Of a stretch of DNA of 38,556 nt, positions 20,372-32,622 are shown in pieces. The DNA comes from Chiloscyllium plagiosum (lineage: Eukaryota), in assembly GCF_004010195.1 (NCBI RefSeq), contig NC_057723.1, forward strand, positions 7,723,095 to 7,761,650, written 5' to 3'. A program made the position numbers and the translations under genes. Numbering within the stretch: position 1 is the stretch's first letter; the number at the start of each line of letters is the position of its first letter. Below the pieces are notes generated by a model that saw nothing but the letters and a program-made list of their open reading frames with translations, was not told the origin of the DNA and did not search any database.

Positions 20372-22342
20372 GTAACTCTTCAAAATCCGTGTTCAGTCCA
20401 GAGCAAATGCAGGATTGGGAGGGACTGCTCTGGGTATAGTGAGAATATACACCCCCGTTTCCCACTGTGGAGATTGCAGTCACCAGTGGATGGAAGAGAA
20501 AGTTAGGAATGGTATCATGATGATTTGCACTTGCTCAGTCAGATTGTCCATTTGTCCAGAACCAGGGGACTGCATACACACCGGGAAGAACATTCCCAAC
20601 CAATCTGTTGGAACAACATTGGACCTGCTTTTAACCCTTGGATGTGAATAGATTGTGAATGAGTTAAGGTCAGACTTGATGCTGAATGATTTAGGAGTAG
20701 AGTCTGTGGAACAGGCTCCTTAGCCTGTTGATTTTATTCAAATGCACTGGGTTTCATTCAGAAAATTTCCAAACAGTTTCTGAGTAACTTTGAGTCTTAA
20801 CAGTACAGAGGCTAACCTGCTGGGAGGAACAGATGGCTGCTTCTCCTTTTTGTGTAGGTCTGATGTTATTGATTGATCATCAACCAGTCAAAACACCACA
20901 GAATTGATGCTCTGGTTAACCAGTATCTTCACTAGTGTGGTGCCAAGTTAGTGAGACTTTGAACCAAAGCCCATAAGATGTACAGGGTTGGATGCACCAG
21001 AATGGTGCTGGGGATAAGTCAGGCAATGAGGGCAGACACGTGACTATGGGATGAGCCTGCATTAGAAATAAGAAAACAAAGATTTAATCAAGATTTGCCT
21101 TTTTGATTAAAGAATTGATTTAAAGGAAAGATTGACTCTCTAGCCACAGGAAGCGATCACAATGGAGTTAAGAGAAACCTTTTTTGTCGTGGAGTAAGGA
21201 GAATACTTACAACTGGGTCAATTACATCTAAGGAAAAGGCAGATAAGTAGTCATGATAATGCAGAGCACAAAACTGGTTGTTGAGTCGGTTTAATTTGAG
21301 GACAGTCAGATGGACAGAATGAGCCGTGAGCTCTAAGATCAGGAGACCAATCATGAGGTTACACGCCCACCAAGCCAAGCTGGCATGGCCGTTCCTGAAG
21401 CATTATTGATAAATTGGGGAAGGTTCTTAAACCAACTTAGTCACGTAAGAGTAATAGACATCCTGCTCTGAGCGAGACTATGATTTAATTCTTGACTGTT
21501 GCCACCAATGCCCACATCATCAATGAAGGTAATGGCTGACCTTTGTCTTTGAATTCCTGCACTCCATGAGAAATTCCTTGCAGAAACTGAAGGCTTTGCT
21601 GAGCCACTTTCTGAGAACAATTCAGGTTAACCGTGTGGTGTAATATGTTGGCTCAGACCAGGTAAGCACAGCAGGTTTCTCTGTTTATGGACAACACAAC
21701 AGCTTCTTGGTCACGTACACTGTTTTCACTTCAATGATATCAATGTGCTATTTGTGAACTGCACTCCCAACATCCAGCTGGAATTGGAAGTTGAGTTTCT
21801 AAGGTTTATTTTTACAGACATCTGGATAATGGGTCCAGTCATAGAACCAGTGCATTGCATTTATTTTTGAATCCGACAAACATTTAGCAGCACTCTAATA
21901 AAGCAATTACCCATGAATTGCCTCCCAGCCTGTGAACTGACTCCCATATCATAAACCCTACCCAACCTTTGAATCTTCTCCCACAGCCAGTGTGCACCCA
22001 GCTGTATCACCTGGGGGAAAAAACAATTCCATATCAATATTCTGCAGTACCCTCCAGTAATCCTCTAAGCTGTGAATTCAGCTTGTAGTTCTGTTATTCA
22101 ACACCAGACTTCCATGGATTTGCAATCTATGGGTTTGAAGAGCTCGCTGCAGGCTCATCTCGCAATCGAAGTGAGTGTTGGATCTTCCATGTCAGCCCAG
22201 AGGCTGCACACACTGAAACTGTCTGTTGAATCCAGGTCTGATCTTCTCATTCTATGCAGGGCAATCGTTCTGAAGGATCGAGTCTCTTCAGGTTCTTTTG
22301 AGTGATTAAGGTACAGCTTTTCACTTGCACACCTTCTTAACA

Positions 22343-22521
22343 GGCACAAGGTCAGAAGTCGCACGACACCAGGTTATAGTCCAACAGGCTTATTTGAAAT
22401 TGCAATCTTTCAGAGCGCTGTGGCTAAGGTGCTTTGTGATTTCAAATAAACCTGTTGGACTATAACCTGGTGTCCTGTGACTTCTGACCTTGCCCACCCT
22501 AGTCCAACACCAATGCCTCCA
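22343..22521. mobile_element. Family A Penelope-like palindromic repeat
   Basis: Inverted arms ~22347-22405 and ~22435-22492 (caaggtcagaagtc...ccaggttatagtccaacagg / cctgttggactataacctggtgtc...gacttctgaccttg). Confidence 0.78.
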
Positions 22522-23184
22522 ACAGCTTCTCAATGAGGAGGTCTCAAGTTTTTTTTTGTGATCTTGCTGCCCAACATACCATTTACTCTGGATGCTGAAT
22601 ACAAGCTCTCATCCCTCCAAATATTCCATTCCCTTCTTTTTACTGGAGAACATGTCCAAATTAGTAGGGTTACAAATCCCAGCTCCAGTAGCATCGCCCA
22701 ATTGTATCAACGTCGACAGAAGCTCAGGGGCATCAGGTTTAACGGGGGGAATAAAAACAGCAACAGTAAAGTACCTTTACTTAGTGCCTTTTTAATATAG
22801 TAAAATATCCCAAAGTACTTCACTGACACCTAGAAATACAAGGACCCAGCAGAACAAACATGGCCAAGGAGGTAGCTTTTTAGAACAAAGTAGGGAAGGA
22901 GCTGGAGAGATTTTGAAAAAGAATTCCAGAGCTTGGGCCTAAGACAGTTAAGGGAATGGCTGACAGTATTGGTGTAATTAAGGATACACAGAAGGCCAGA
23001 CTGAGAAAGGGTGCAGCAGTTTCGGTACGCTCAGAGGTTACACAGACTGGGGAAGGGAAAAGTCTATGTTGGGGTTAAACACGAGTGGTGAGAATTCTAA
23101 AACCCTGAAGGTGGGCTACAGGCAGAGGACTGTGCGTGAAGAAAAACATCAATGTGATGTCAAACATTATCTTCCCTCGTTCAG

Positions 23185-23379
23185 TGCTCAGCTCGGACAC
23201 AGAGTGTCAGAGACGTCACAAAGTCGCGGTTGTTCCTGGAGCTTTCCGTCCCAGTTGTGATGAGATGGGAAACTATGAGGCAAGACAGTGTTGGCCAAGC
23301 ACAGGATACTGCTGGTGCTGTTATCCGAATGGAACAGAGATCACCGGAACAGCCACTCGCGAGAATTTAACTTGCGAAA
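23185..23379 (+). CDS. CD74: CD74 thyroglobulin type-1 exon (p41-type cathepsin-inhibitory domain, equivalent of mammalian exon 6b)
   Basis: Acceptor cttccctcgttcag; 195 nt, phase 1-1; VLSSDTECQRRHKVAVVPGAFRPSCDEMGNYEARQCWPSTGYCWCCYPNGTEITGTATRENLTCE with Tg1 motifs FRPxCD, QC, GYCWC, NGTE; donor A|GTACGT. Confidence 0.96.
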
Positions 23380-23489
23380 GTACGTTTCAGTTTTCTTAAT
23401 CTACGTGAGAGGATGAATGTAATGTAAAAATCCCCCATGTCATAGGGAATGAATTCACACACTGGAGGAGCCTGTGTTCACATGCATCA

Positions 23490-24205
23490 AGACCTGGACA
23501 ATATCCAGGCTTGGGCTGCTTTGTGGCAAGTAGCACTCTGATTACACAAGAACTCATAAAATAAGAAAGGATCCAGCCATCAGTCCTACACATTCAGTGG
23601 CATTATCATCAATGGTTTTCCCCACCATAGATGTCACTAATAACCTCAAATTTAACAGGCTTTGGGGTTAATGAGTGCAGTGGTTACAACAGCAAGTCAG
23701 AAACTGGGAATTCTGTGGTGAGTGTGATGGAATATTTCCCACCTGCCTGGATGAGTGCAACTCCAACAACACAACAGCATTTAGGATGATGCAAGACACT
23801 TCATTGGTATGGCATGCACAGATGTGCACTCCCTGCACCACCGAACGCACAGTCGCAGCAGTGTGTACCATCTACAAGATGTACTTCAGCAACTTGCCAA
23901 CATATTTTCAATAATCTCCCAAGCTGACAAGATCATCTGGTTGGAAGGATAAGGACAACAAGCACACCACTATCGGCAAATTTCCCATCAAGCCACACAC
24001 CATCCTAATATGGAAATATATCACTGTTTCTTCACTGTCGCTGGCTCAAGATCCTGGAATTCCCTCCCTACCAGCATTATGGGTCTACCTACATGCTAAG
24101 GGCTGCAATAGTTCAAAAACGCTCCCTCTGAGTGTGAGAGAGAGAGAGAGAGAGAGAAACTAGGGATGGGCAATAAATGCTGGCCCAGCCAGCAATGTTC
24201 ACGTT
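23490..24205 (+). mobile_element. Degenerate LINE 3' portion (same family as 35516-37770) with (GA)n microsatellite at ~24135-24157
   Basis: gagtgtgatggaatatttcccacctgcctggatgagtgca and agccacacaccatcctaatatggaaatatatcactgtt match 37325-37680. Confidence 0.75.
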
Positions 24206-24532
24206 AATGAATAAAATAAGTACAGGAATGAAGCCCATTGGAACCTGTCCCCTACTTAATGGTTTGTACCTCAGCTCCATTTTCCTACTTTTGATCCAGA
24301 TTTCTTGATTGCCTGATCATAAAAGCAATCTGGTTTAGGCCCAAACGATCTAGTAGATCACTTTCCCAGGGTGTTCCCGATTTCCATAATCCTTTGTGTG
24401 AAGATCTTGAGCATAATTTCACTATGAGGTGGGTCTGTGTCCAATTTAAAGACTAGATTCCCTCTTTTTTTTCTCTATGTACCCCCAACTCCTCCTCCTC
24501 GGCATCAGCAGAAAAGCTTTATCTTTCTTAAC

Positions 24533-24915
24533 TGGAACATAAGAACTAGGAGCAGGAGTAGGCCGTCTGGCGCAGCGAGCCTGCTCCACCATTCAACAAG
24601 ATTATGGCTGGTCTTCTTGTAGACTCAGCTACATTTACCTACCCGCTCACCATAACCCTTAATTCCTTTACTGTTCAAAAATCTATCTTTGCCTTAAAAG
24701 TATTCAATAAGATAACCTCAACTGCTTCACTGGGCAGGGAATTCCAGCGATTCACAATCCTTTGGGTGAAGAGGTTCCTCCTGAACTCAGTCCGAAATCT
24801 GCTGCCCCTTATTTTGATGCTATATCCCCTACTGGCAACAAACCTCCCTGCTTCTATCTTATCTATTCCCTTCATAATTTTATATATTTCTGTAAGGTAT
24901 CCTCTCATTCTTTGA
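24533..24915 (-). mobile_element. CR1 LINE 3' end
   Basis: ORF 24675-24908: MRGYLTEIYKIMKGIDKIEAGRF...RGYSIKIRGSRFRTEFRRNLFTQRIVNRWNSLP. Confidence 0.88.
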
Positions 24916-25793
24916 GATCATTTTAAACCTTTCAATTGGATCAGGCCTCAGGTGGAATACAAATTCAGTTGAGCCCCAAAGGCAGGATTGCACATGGTCC
25001 AAATATTGGTATCTTCCGGAAGGAAGAGGTCAACTACAGAGATCAGGAGTGAGAACGCTTGGATACTGAGCTCAGTAATTGTTAATTTGATGCAGCAATG
25101 ACAACCAATACACCACATCTTAAAGAAGGCTTTAAGGATGATTTGGATCTTTGATAGAATTGGATTGTCAATTCTTTGATATTTGGATTCAGGTCACTGA
25201 ATTACATTAACAAACGATCCCTCCAGATTGGAGAAGCCGGTGTCCATGTACATGCACTATCCTATGAACTTAAGTCAAAAATTGCGAGAGAGTTACAATG
25301 TGCAGGGAGGTCCTTTGGCCCATTGTGTCTGTCTGCACCAGCTCTTGAAAGAGCAAATTAATAAAGCAGGGACTGAGCGAAAACTTGTATTGCCCCTACA
25401 ACAAAACCCATATACACTTGCCACTGTAATATTCCTTGCCTAACCACTGAATTCTCTCCCACATTCACTCTCCCCAATAATAGAATCTAACCTTCAATTT
25501 AATCTGCGCTGTACTCTATACCCGTTCGTGCCTGTTCATCTATGTTCGTGAGAGAAACCACCGAATCAATGTTTCTGGAAGCCCAACGGGACTCTGTCTT
25601 AAAATAGCGGCCCATCTTTCACTATCCAAGATTAAAACAGCCAACCCTCCTTCACTATCAAAGATTAAACTGTACAAAGTGAATAAAGAATTACCTATGA
25701 CAGGCTGGATTTTAATAAAGCTTTAATAAATTGTCATTTTTATTTTCAATTTCCTCTTGCCTGTCTTTAATTGAGGTTTATTTCGATCTTTAG

Positions 25794-25838
25794 GCTTTAG
25801 AAAGTCAGATGATCTGAACATGTCTGGCTTGGCAGCAA
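25794..25838 (+). CDS. CD74: CD74 penultimate exon (candidate chondroitin-sulfate Ser-Gly site)
   Basis: Acceptor tttcgatctttag; 45 nt, phase 1-1; SFRKSDDLNMSGLAA with acidic residues before SGL as in human LEDPSSGLG; consensus donor A|GTAAGT. Confidence 0.8.
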
Positions 25839-26069
25839 GTAAGTAACCAGTGGGTTTTTTTTTAACAAGCTTCTGAAATTAGAATCTGAATAGAAAAGAA
25901 TATGCAGTCCAGTTGTGTATAGGCTCTTCATAAACCCTGTCCAAAACTCTGCTGTCCACATCTCTACTTGCACTAAGACCCAGTCTGCAGTTACACCCCG
26001 TCACCCCCCCACTTCTCAACGTCCTCCCCGATCTCTGTTGGTTCCTGTTTAGACAATGATCTATTTCAG

Positions 26070-26209
26070 TGTTTAGATCAGAGTGGTGCTGGAAAAGCAC
26101 AGCAGATCAGACAGCAAACGAGGAGCAGGAAAATCGACGTTTCGGGCAAAAGCAGTTCATCACGAATAGAGGCAGGGAGCCTGCAGCGTGGAGAGATAGA
26201 AGTAAAGCG
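26070..26209 (-). mobile_element. Family B Penelope-like insertion with 15-bp TSD
   Basis: Flanked by aatgatctatttcag (26055-26069, 26210-26224); minus strand has degenerate gtgatgaactgcttttgcccgaaacgtcga. Confidence 0.85.
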
Positions 26210-27334
26210 AATGATCTATTTCAGACTTCTTATTCCAGTCGATTCAGCCTGTCCTTGAATGGGAGTGGGGCTGGAGAGGTGTGAGCAGGTAGAGAAAGGG
26301 AACTTCTGCTTATGATTTGTGGCTCTGTTTGCAAGTACGGTCCAGGTGGTGGAGAGGTGGTAACATTGCTGAGCTGGTTGATGCAAGGCCCAGGGGATTG
26401 GAGTTTAATATCTCACAGTGGGAACTGCTCAAATTCAATCAATGACTGTGGAATTAAAAGTGTGTCTCAGTAAAAGTGACCATGAAACTGTTGTGTATGT
26501 ATTACCATAAACAGCCACCTTATTCACTAAAACCTTACCTGTTTTGGCCTGCGTGTGACTCTAGATCAAAATGTTCTCTGAAGTGGCCTAGTTAAGGGGC
26601 TTTAACAGACTCATCTTGAAGGGATGAATGGCCTATTCCTGCACCTATTTGCTATCAGTGACAAATCCTGGATGAGCCAACAATATGCATCCAGGGACAA
26701 ATGTGCTCACGAAAAGGGAAATTAGAATATGTTTCAAACTAAATATTAAAGAGGACGGTTTTGGATCTGCATTTCTTCATTGAGTTGGTTTCTTGGCCCT
26801 GAGTTGGATGATTTTGTTCGAATCTCAATCTTGAGACTTGAGCACAAAATCTCAATGGACTCTCTCCATTTCTGTTGGATGCCCCAAGCTGCACTTTCAG
26901 GTGAACTTCACATGTTCTCTGAGCACTTTATTAAAGGAGTGCGTTACTCCTGGCGTCGTGGCCAATATTTATTGATTTAATTTTTAATTTCATGTATTTA
27001 TTGAATTCAAATTCCGCATCTGCCATGATGGGATTTGAACCAAGGTCCCTTAGAGCATTACCTGGGTCTCTGGGTTAACGATCCAGTGATCATTCCATGA
27101 GGCCATCACCTCTCCCAATAGCCAATATTTATCGTAAATTAATCCATCAAGTTGTCAATCACCAAAACCATATTATTTGCTCATTGTCCGTTTGATGTTA
27201 ATGTAGATATTGCCAGCCACATTTCCTACATTTTAATAAAGACTGCACTTTGAAGATTTTTCATTGGGCGTAAAGTGCTTTGGGATATCCTAAAGCATTT
27301 CTTTATTTTGAATCTTTAGAAATGTCTCACAAAA

Positions 27335-27656
27335 GGGCGGCACGGTGGCACAGTGGTTAGCACTGCTGCCTCACAGCGCCAGAGACCTTGGTTCAATTCC
27401 CGCCTCAGGCGACTGACTGTGTGGAGTTTGCACGTTCTCCCTGTGTCTGCGTGGGTTTCCTCCGGGTGCTCCGGTTTCCTCCCACAGTCCAAAGATGTGC
27501 AGGTCAGGTGAATTGGCCATGCTAAATTGCCCGTAGTGTTAGGTGAAGGGGTAAATGTAGGGGAAGGGGTCTGGGTGGGTTGCTCTTCAGAGGGTCAGTG
27601 TGGACTTGTTGGAACGAAGGGCCTGTTTCCACACTGTAGGGAATCTAATCTAATCT
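27335..27656 (+). mobile_element. Full-length HE1-like V-SINE (tRNA head, V core, CR1-like tail)
   Basis: A box tggcacagtgg, B box ggttcaattcc, core gtgtggagtttgcacgttctccctgtgtctgcgtgggtttcctccgggtgctccggtttcctcccacagtccaaagatgtgc, (aatct)n tail. Confidence 0.92.
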
Positions 27657-27760
27657 TCGTACACAATCCAGATGAAAGCAACGTGAAGAAAATTGTGTTG
27701 AAATTGCAAAATGTTGGGTGAAATTTTGTAAACTCATGCAAACTTTCTTTTTCATTTCAG

Positions 27761-27768
27761 TGAATTAA
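27761..27768 (+). CDS. CD74: CD74 terminal coding exon (M-N-stop), followed by 3' UTR
   Basis: Strong acceptor actttctttttcatttcag; A+TG AAT TAA closes the frame; mammalian CD74 also ends with only a few codons on its last exon. Confidence 0.72.
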
Positions 27769-29071
27769 GAGCTCGCTGGGGAAAAGCAAGCAAAGTCTGA
27801 CCAGCTTCATTCCAGACATCATACATTAATTGCAACTCCTGATTTTTATTAACCTTGGGTATGATCGCTAACTATTGAGAGCTGACCTCCTTATCTGGCT
27901 GATGTACTTTCCATTTTTCTGAAAGACCTGTCCTCACTGATGATTTTTTAAAGAGAGGAACAAATTGCCCGAATCTTTGATACTGCTCACTTCCCTAAAA
28001 AGAGATTTACTTCCACTAGACGTTCCATTTCATCCAGTATCAGCCCCCCTCCCTAGGGGTTGGTTCTATTCTTTTGCCTCCACACAATGACGATGATGTT
28101 TCATGAATTTCAAGGTCTTTGAAGCTTGTCAATAATTTAATTCAGAAGTGCAAGATTCCTGGATTTTAAAATACCACACAGGACCTATTTAATTCCAACA
28201 AAATCTAGACTGCTGCAAAGGAAATTAAATAACTTTGCAATGGAGCCCTGAGATTAATGATAACCTTCTGCTGACTCGCAGAACATGGCAGAGAATCAAG
28301 ATGGGACAATAGTGTGAGGTTGGGACCCTTCATAGAGCGTTCTGTTGATGAGTTCCAATCCTCCTGTAGCTACTGGCCTATCCATTTCAATTTGGAATTA
28401 CAACCCCAAATCACTCATTTACTCTGGTTTAGTGCCTTAGAATTTCCCACACTAACTGCAGTGACAGGACTATCACCACATAGACCACAGAAGAAGATTA
28501 TCACCAACACTTTCTCAAGTGGCAACTGGGACACTCAGTAAATGTCAGCTTTGCCAGCAACACCCACATTTGGGTTCAGAAGCAGGCAATGTATTTGAAA
28601 TTTATTCCATGGCAATTTGCTTTTTGAAGTGAAGTGATTTTTTTTTGCCCCCATCTCCGTATTTTTATGATTAAAGGCTCGATGTCTTTTATCGAGATAT
28701 CTGTTTATATTCCCAGGCTATCCTTCACCAGACCTTGCAGAAGCACCCACATTATAACTCTGCACCTGGTTTTTGGTTACATAGAATATGTAGAACAGAA
28801 ATAGACCATTTGGTTCAGCTAACCCACGCTGGTATTCATTCGCCACTAAATTGACCATCATAACCCTTCTCCCTCAAAGCCTTGTCCAAATGATAACAAA
28901 AAGGACACAATCCTGATGAAGGACCATCACCAGAAGGTCATTATGCACAATCACTTTTTAAAAGCTGTCATTGTCTATAAGCAACGTGTGAAAACTGTTA
29001 TTGCTTCTTAATCTTTTTTATTTGTAACTCAATGGTGATTGCTTAATTGTAGATGGGGATAAATATTTTGC

Positions 29072-29110
29072 AATAAAGGGAGGGAATTCTGATCTTGTGT
29101 TCTGTTTTGG
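29072..29110 (+). terminator. Likely CD74 polyadenylation signal with GU-rich downstream element
   Basis: AATAAA at 29072-29077 followed about 15-30 nt later by tcttgtgttctgttttgg; implies a 3' UTR of about 1.3 kb. Confidence 0.6.
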
Positions 29111-30359
29111 ACAATAGAAGTGCCTGGCTTCAAATTAAAAGTCAAGTCTTTGCCTGGTTCTTGGAGCCTAGCAAAAAGGCCTCAATCCATCATCAAGGCC
29201 TATGGGTGTGAATAGTGAGTGGAAAAGATTTAATGATAGGGTTTCCAAATCTGGAGCCTTCAAAAATGAGCGATTCATTGGCAGGACATTGGTGGAGAAT
29301 AACCATTGGCAAATTTCAAAATAATTCCACATGTTGTTTCCGTTTTGTTTCTTTATTGGTGGAAGTGGGGGTAACAAGCCCTGATCGACTGACACTCAAG
29401 CCTCACCCCAATCTGGTAATTTTGGGACAGGTTATTTGAGATGGACATTCAGGTTGGGTGACTATTGAATGAGGAGATAGAAATAGTAGGTCATGCGATG
29501 AAGCCTTCAGGAATATGACAAACTACCATTCACAAACCAATTTTTCAGTGCTTTTGTCTATTTTTTTGCTTCCTACACATTCATGTACACAGGGCAAAGG
29601 CAACTATTCGAGAGAGAAAAGGTGAAATCTTCAAGGCAATGAGAATAAAGACTTGACAAAATCTGCTCGATCTTTCTTTTCTCTAATATGCTGCTGTATA
29701 ACACAATGAAACTCAAAACACCAAGGAGAATGTGGGGTGCAAAGAGCCAATTTCTCCTCATGTCTATTGCATGCAAGTCCATAATCACTCACAATACCAG
29801 TTACAAAGCAGATGTGCCATGTCTGTCATTACAAAGGAGAAAATGTGTAATTTCTTATCAGCAAGCTGATCAAATCCCATAGCATTGAGGGGGAAACATT
29901 GGGCCCACTCAAGTAGGAGAAAGACAGTGAAGTCCATTGTGTCTGTGCAACATGCCTGTTTGAAGATGCCAGTCAAACTACTAACCTCTTTTTCCTGTCG
30001 ATATTCCTGCCGCTGTTTGTTTTTCACATTTGCAATTCCCTTTTGTCATAAACTCTGGAAGGAGCATCCGGTTTGAAAAATGTACCTACAGAAATTATTT
30101 CCATTGTGAACCCAAATGGAGAGACAAAAGCCTAAAACATGGGACAGGATTAAAGCAGGGGGAAAGGGGGCACAGAAGGGTGTGTGCTACAGACTGGGAC
30201 TGAGAGTGTCTTGGTGATGTCTCTTGCACTGGGGAGATCTCGAAGGGCTGGCATCTTTCGATAATATTATCAAAAAGGGTGCAGTTCAGAGCCATGCAGC
30301 TCGGAAACAGACCCTGCGGTCCATTCTTAACGTAATCCCAAACTGAAGAAGAACTTGCC

Positions 30360-30975
30360 AAAATAAAACATCAAACAGAACAGGCCCTTTGGCCCATCAT
30401 GTCTGTGCTGACCATGACAGCATAGTAAACTCATCCCATCTGTCTGCACATGGTCTGTATTCCTCTATTTCTTTGGATGCTGCCTGACCAGCTGTGCTTT
30501 TCCAGCACCACACGTTTTGACTCTGATCTCCAGCATCTGCAGTCCTCACTTTCTCCCTCTAGTTCCTGCATGTTCATGTGTCTAAATGCCTATTTTAAAT
30601 GTTGGTATTGTATCTGCTTCCATCACCTCCCTTGGCAGCATGTTCCAGATACCTACCACCCTCTGTGTTTGAAAAAAAAGTGCCTCACACATCTCCTTAA
30701 ACTCCTGCCCTCTTGTATCTGACAATTCTAACCTGGGAAAACACCTCCGTCTATCTACCCTATCCACACCTCTTATAACTTTATACACTTCTATCAGGTA
30801 GCTCCGCAGTCTCCGATGCTCTAGCTAAAACGATATGAGGTTTTCTAGCCTCTCCCTGTAGGTAATACAAATCCAATCCAGGCAGCATCCTGGTAACCCT
30901 CTCCAAAGCCTCCACATCCTTCCTATAGTGTGGGGACTGGAACTTCACACAATGCTCCAAATGTGGCTTGACCAA
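30360..30975 (-). mobile_element. CR1 LINE 3' fragment with a nested family B repeat (~30473-30561, +)
   Basis: ORFs 30781-30975 (VKPHLEHCVKFQSPHYRKDVEALERVTRMLPGL) and 30582-30788 (YKVIRGVDRVD...TRG...TQRVVGIWNMLP). Confidence 0.88.
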
Positions 30976-32622
30976 AGGTCTCTAAATAGAGAAAGGAAGT
31001 TGAATTTGCAATCGTTCGCACAGAGATTCGAAACTATTCATGCCAAAACTGGAATGTGTCCTTAGGTCTTTGAATGTTTTCTCACTGAGGCTGTTTTATC
31101 TGCAATTTATGCATTAGGCTAAACTTGAGAGAACCTTACATCTGTGAGTATTCACATGGACCACACAGGACATTCAGTCCATCTAGTCCATGTTCAGTGT
31201 TTATGCTCCACGAGTTCTTTCCTGCTTGACCGTATCTCGCTTTATCGGCCATATTCCCCTCTCCCATTCCCGCTCCTGCGATGAGATAGTCACTGATGGG
31301 GAGGCTCAGCTCGCAAACCATCAGACATTGCAGCATGAACAGGCCAGAGAGGATTAAGGAATTTGAGTTCCCTGCAGAATCGAACACCAGAATTAGTGAT
31401 GAAAAATGGTCACTTACCACAGCCGTCTGGGCCTCTGTGGGTAGGGTGCCTAGCTCACCCTGAGTTTGGAATGGGATATTGCTGTGGAATGATGATACAG
31501 TCATGATTAGAGTGAAAATCCTGAATCTCCATTTGATCCCATTTTGGGCAATTTCCCCAAAGCCTGAGGGAAACAAACTCCCTGTAGACAGGCTAATGCC
31601 CTTGACCATCACCGAGTCAAAGGTCAAAACTTTTCTCTCCTCACCCTCTCATTTCCAAGTCCAAAGCTCCCCACTGGTGTTTGGCCATGCCAACAATATT
31701 AACCTGACAGATAAACATGACCAGGCACTCAGCTCCTGTGGCCAAAGCTAACTGTTAGTTATCCAGATGACAGGAAGTTAAATCCTGAGCTGGATAAATG
31801 GCTGCACTTCATGTAGCTTGATCCAATGCTACCTGACAGTCACTTCTCACAGGTGAAACCATGGCTAATATCATCTTGGCCTCTGAGAAAATCAACTAAC
31901 AACATGATGTTGTCGTGGGCAGTTTGGTGTATGGCTTCCCCATTTCCATCAGTCTGCTATTGTCTCTGGAGTCTCCCCAGTTTTAAACAATATCTCTTGT
32001 TTAATCTTGAGTTTAATCTTTAATCTTCCTTGGTAATCATGAATTTGAATAATGTGGAGCATTACGGTGTGTTTTTTGATTTGCAACTCACGTTAAAAAT
32101 GTTATTAGAAAATGTTTGGGAGTGACGAGTTTAGAATCAGAATGCTTCTTTAAAAGTGGGCGATTTTTCCTGGATTATCCAATCATTTTAGTTTGAATTA
32201 GTACGGATTGTATCCGAGTGAACCGATCATCATTGTTCCTGATGTTGCTTGTGTAGCTTTGCGTCTTAAGGCTGTGCTGTTTTTAAAGTTTTGAACATTA
32301 CAATGAAACTTTGCTTAAATAAATTAGTTTTTAAGCTTGTAGTTGGGTTGCTGGTGGATATTGTTGAGAAATGCAGGCATTAATTTAGAGCACTGGTTGA
32401 TAGCGGATAGAAGATCATTGTCAATGATGAGTCCCTGGGCAATGTTTTGTAGATCCTGCGTTGTCACTTCCTATGGCGCAGTGGTGAATCCATCCTCAGT
32501 ATTTGGTGGGCTTTTCAGAACGATTGGGGATAAGAGAATAGTTTCCAATTAATGTGATTTGTAAAAGTGAGTGAAAAGTATTTGGATTTATTGCAACCTT
32601 TGTTGCAATAATATTTGGAAGG

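Noticed and set aside
21987-22060. Strong-looking acceptor ttctcccacag in the intron before the Tg exon
   Set aside because: The phase-1 frame hits TAA without a credible donor; no support as an exon.
25801-25817. Alternative acceptor at 25800 for the penultimate exon
   Set aside because: It shifts the frame to an early TGA and loses the conserved acidic-SGL motif.
27335-27410. tRNA gene
   Set aside because: The A/B boxes belong to the SINE head and run straight into the V-SINE core.
31136-31627. 163-aa minus-strand ORF
   Set aside because: No motif, no convincing splice structure, and it partly overlaps repeat-tail sequence.
32425-32520. ATGATGA C-box suggesting a C/D snoRNA
   Set aside because: No D box (CTGA) or terminal stem at a suitable distance, and not within a host intron.
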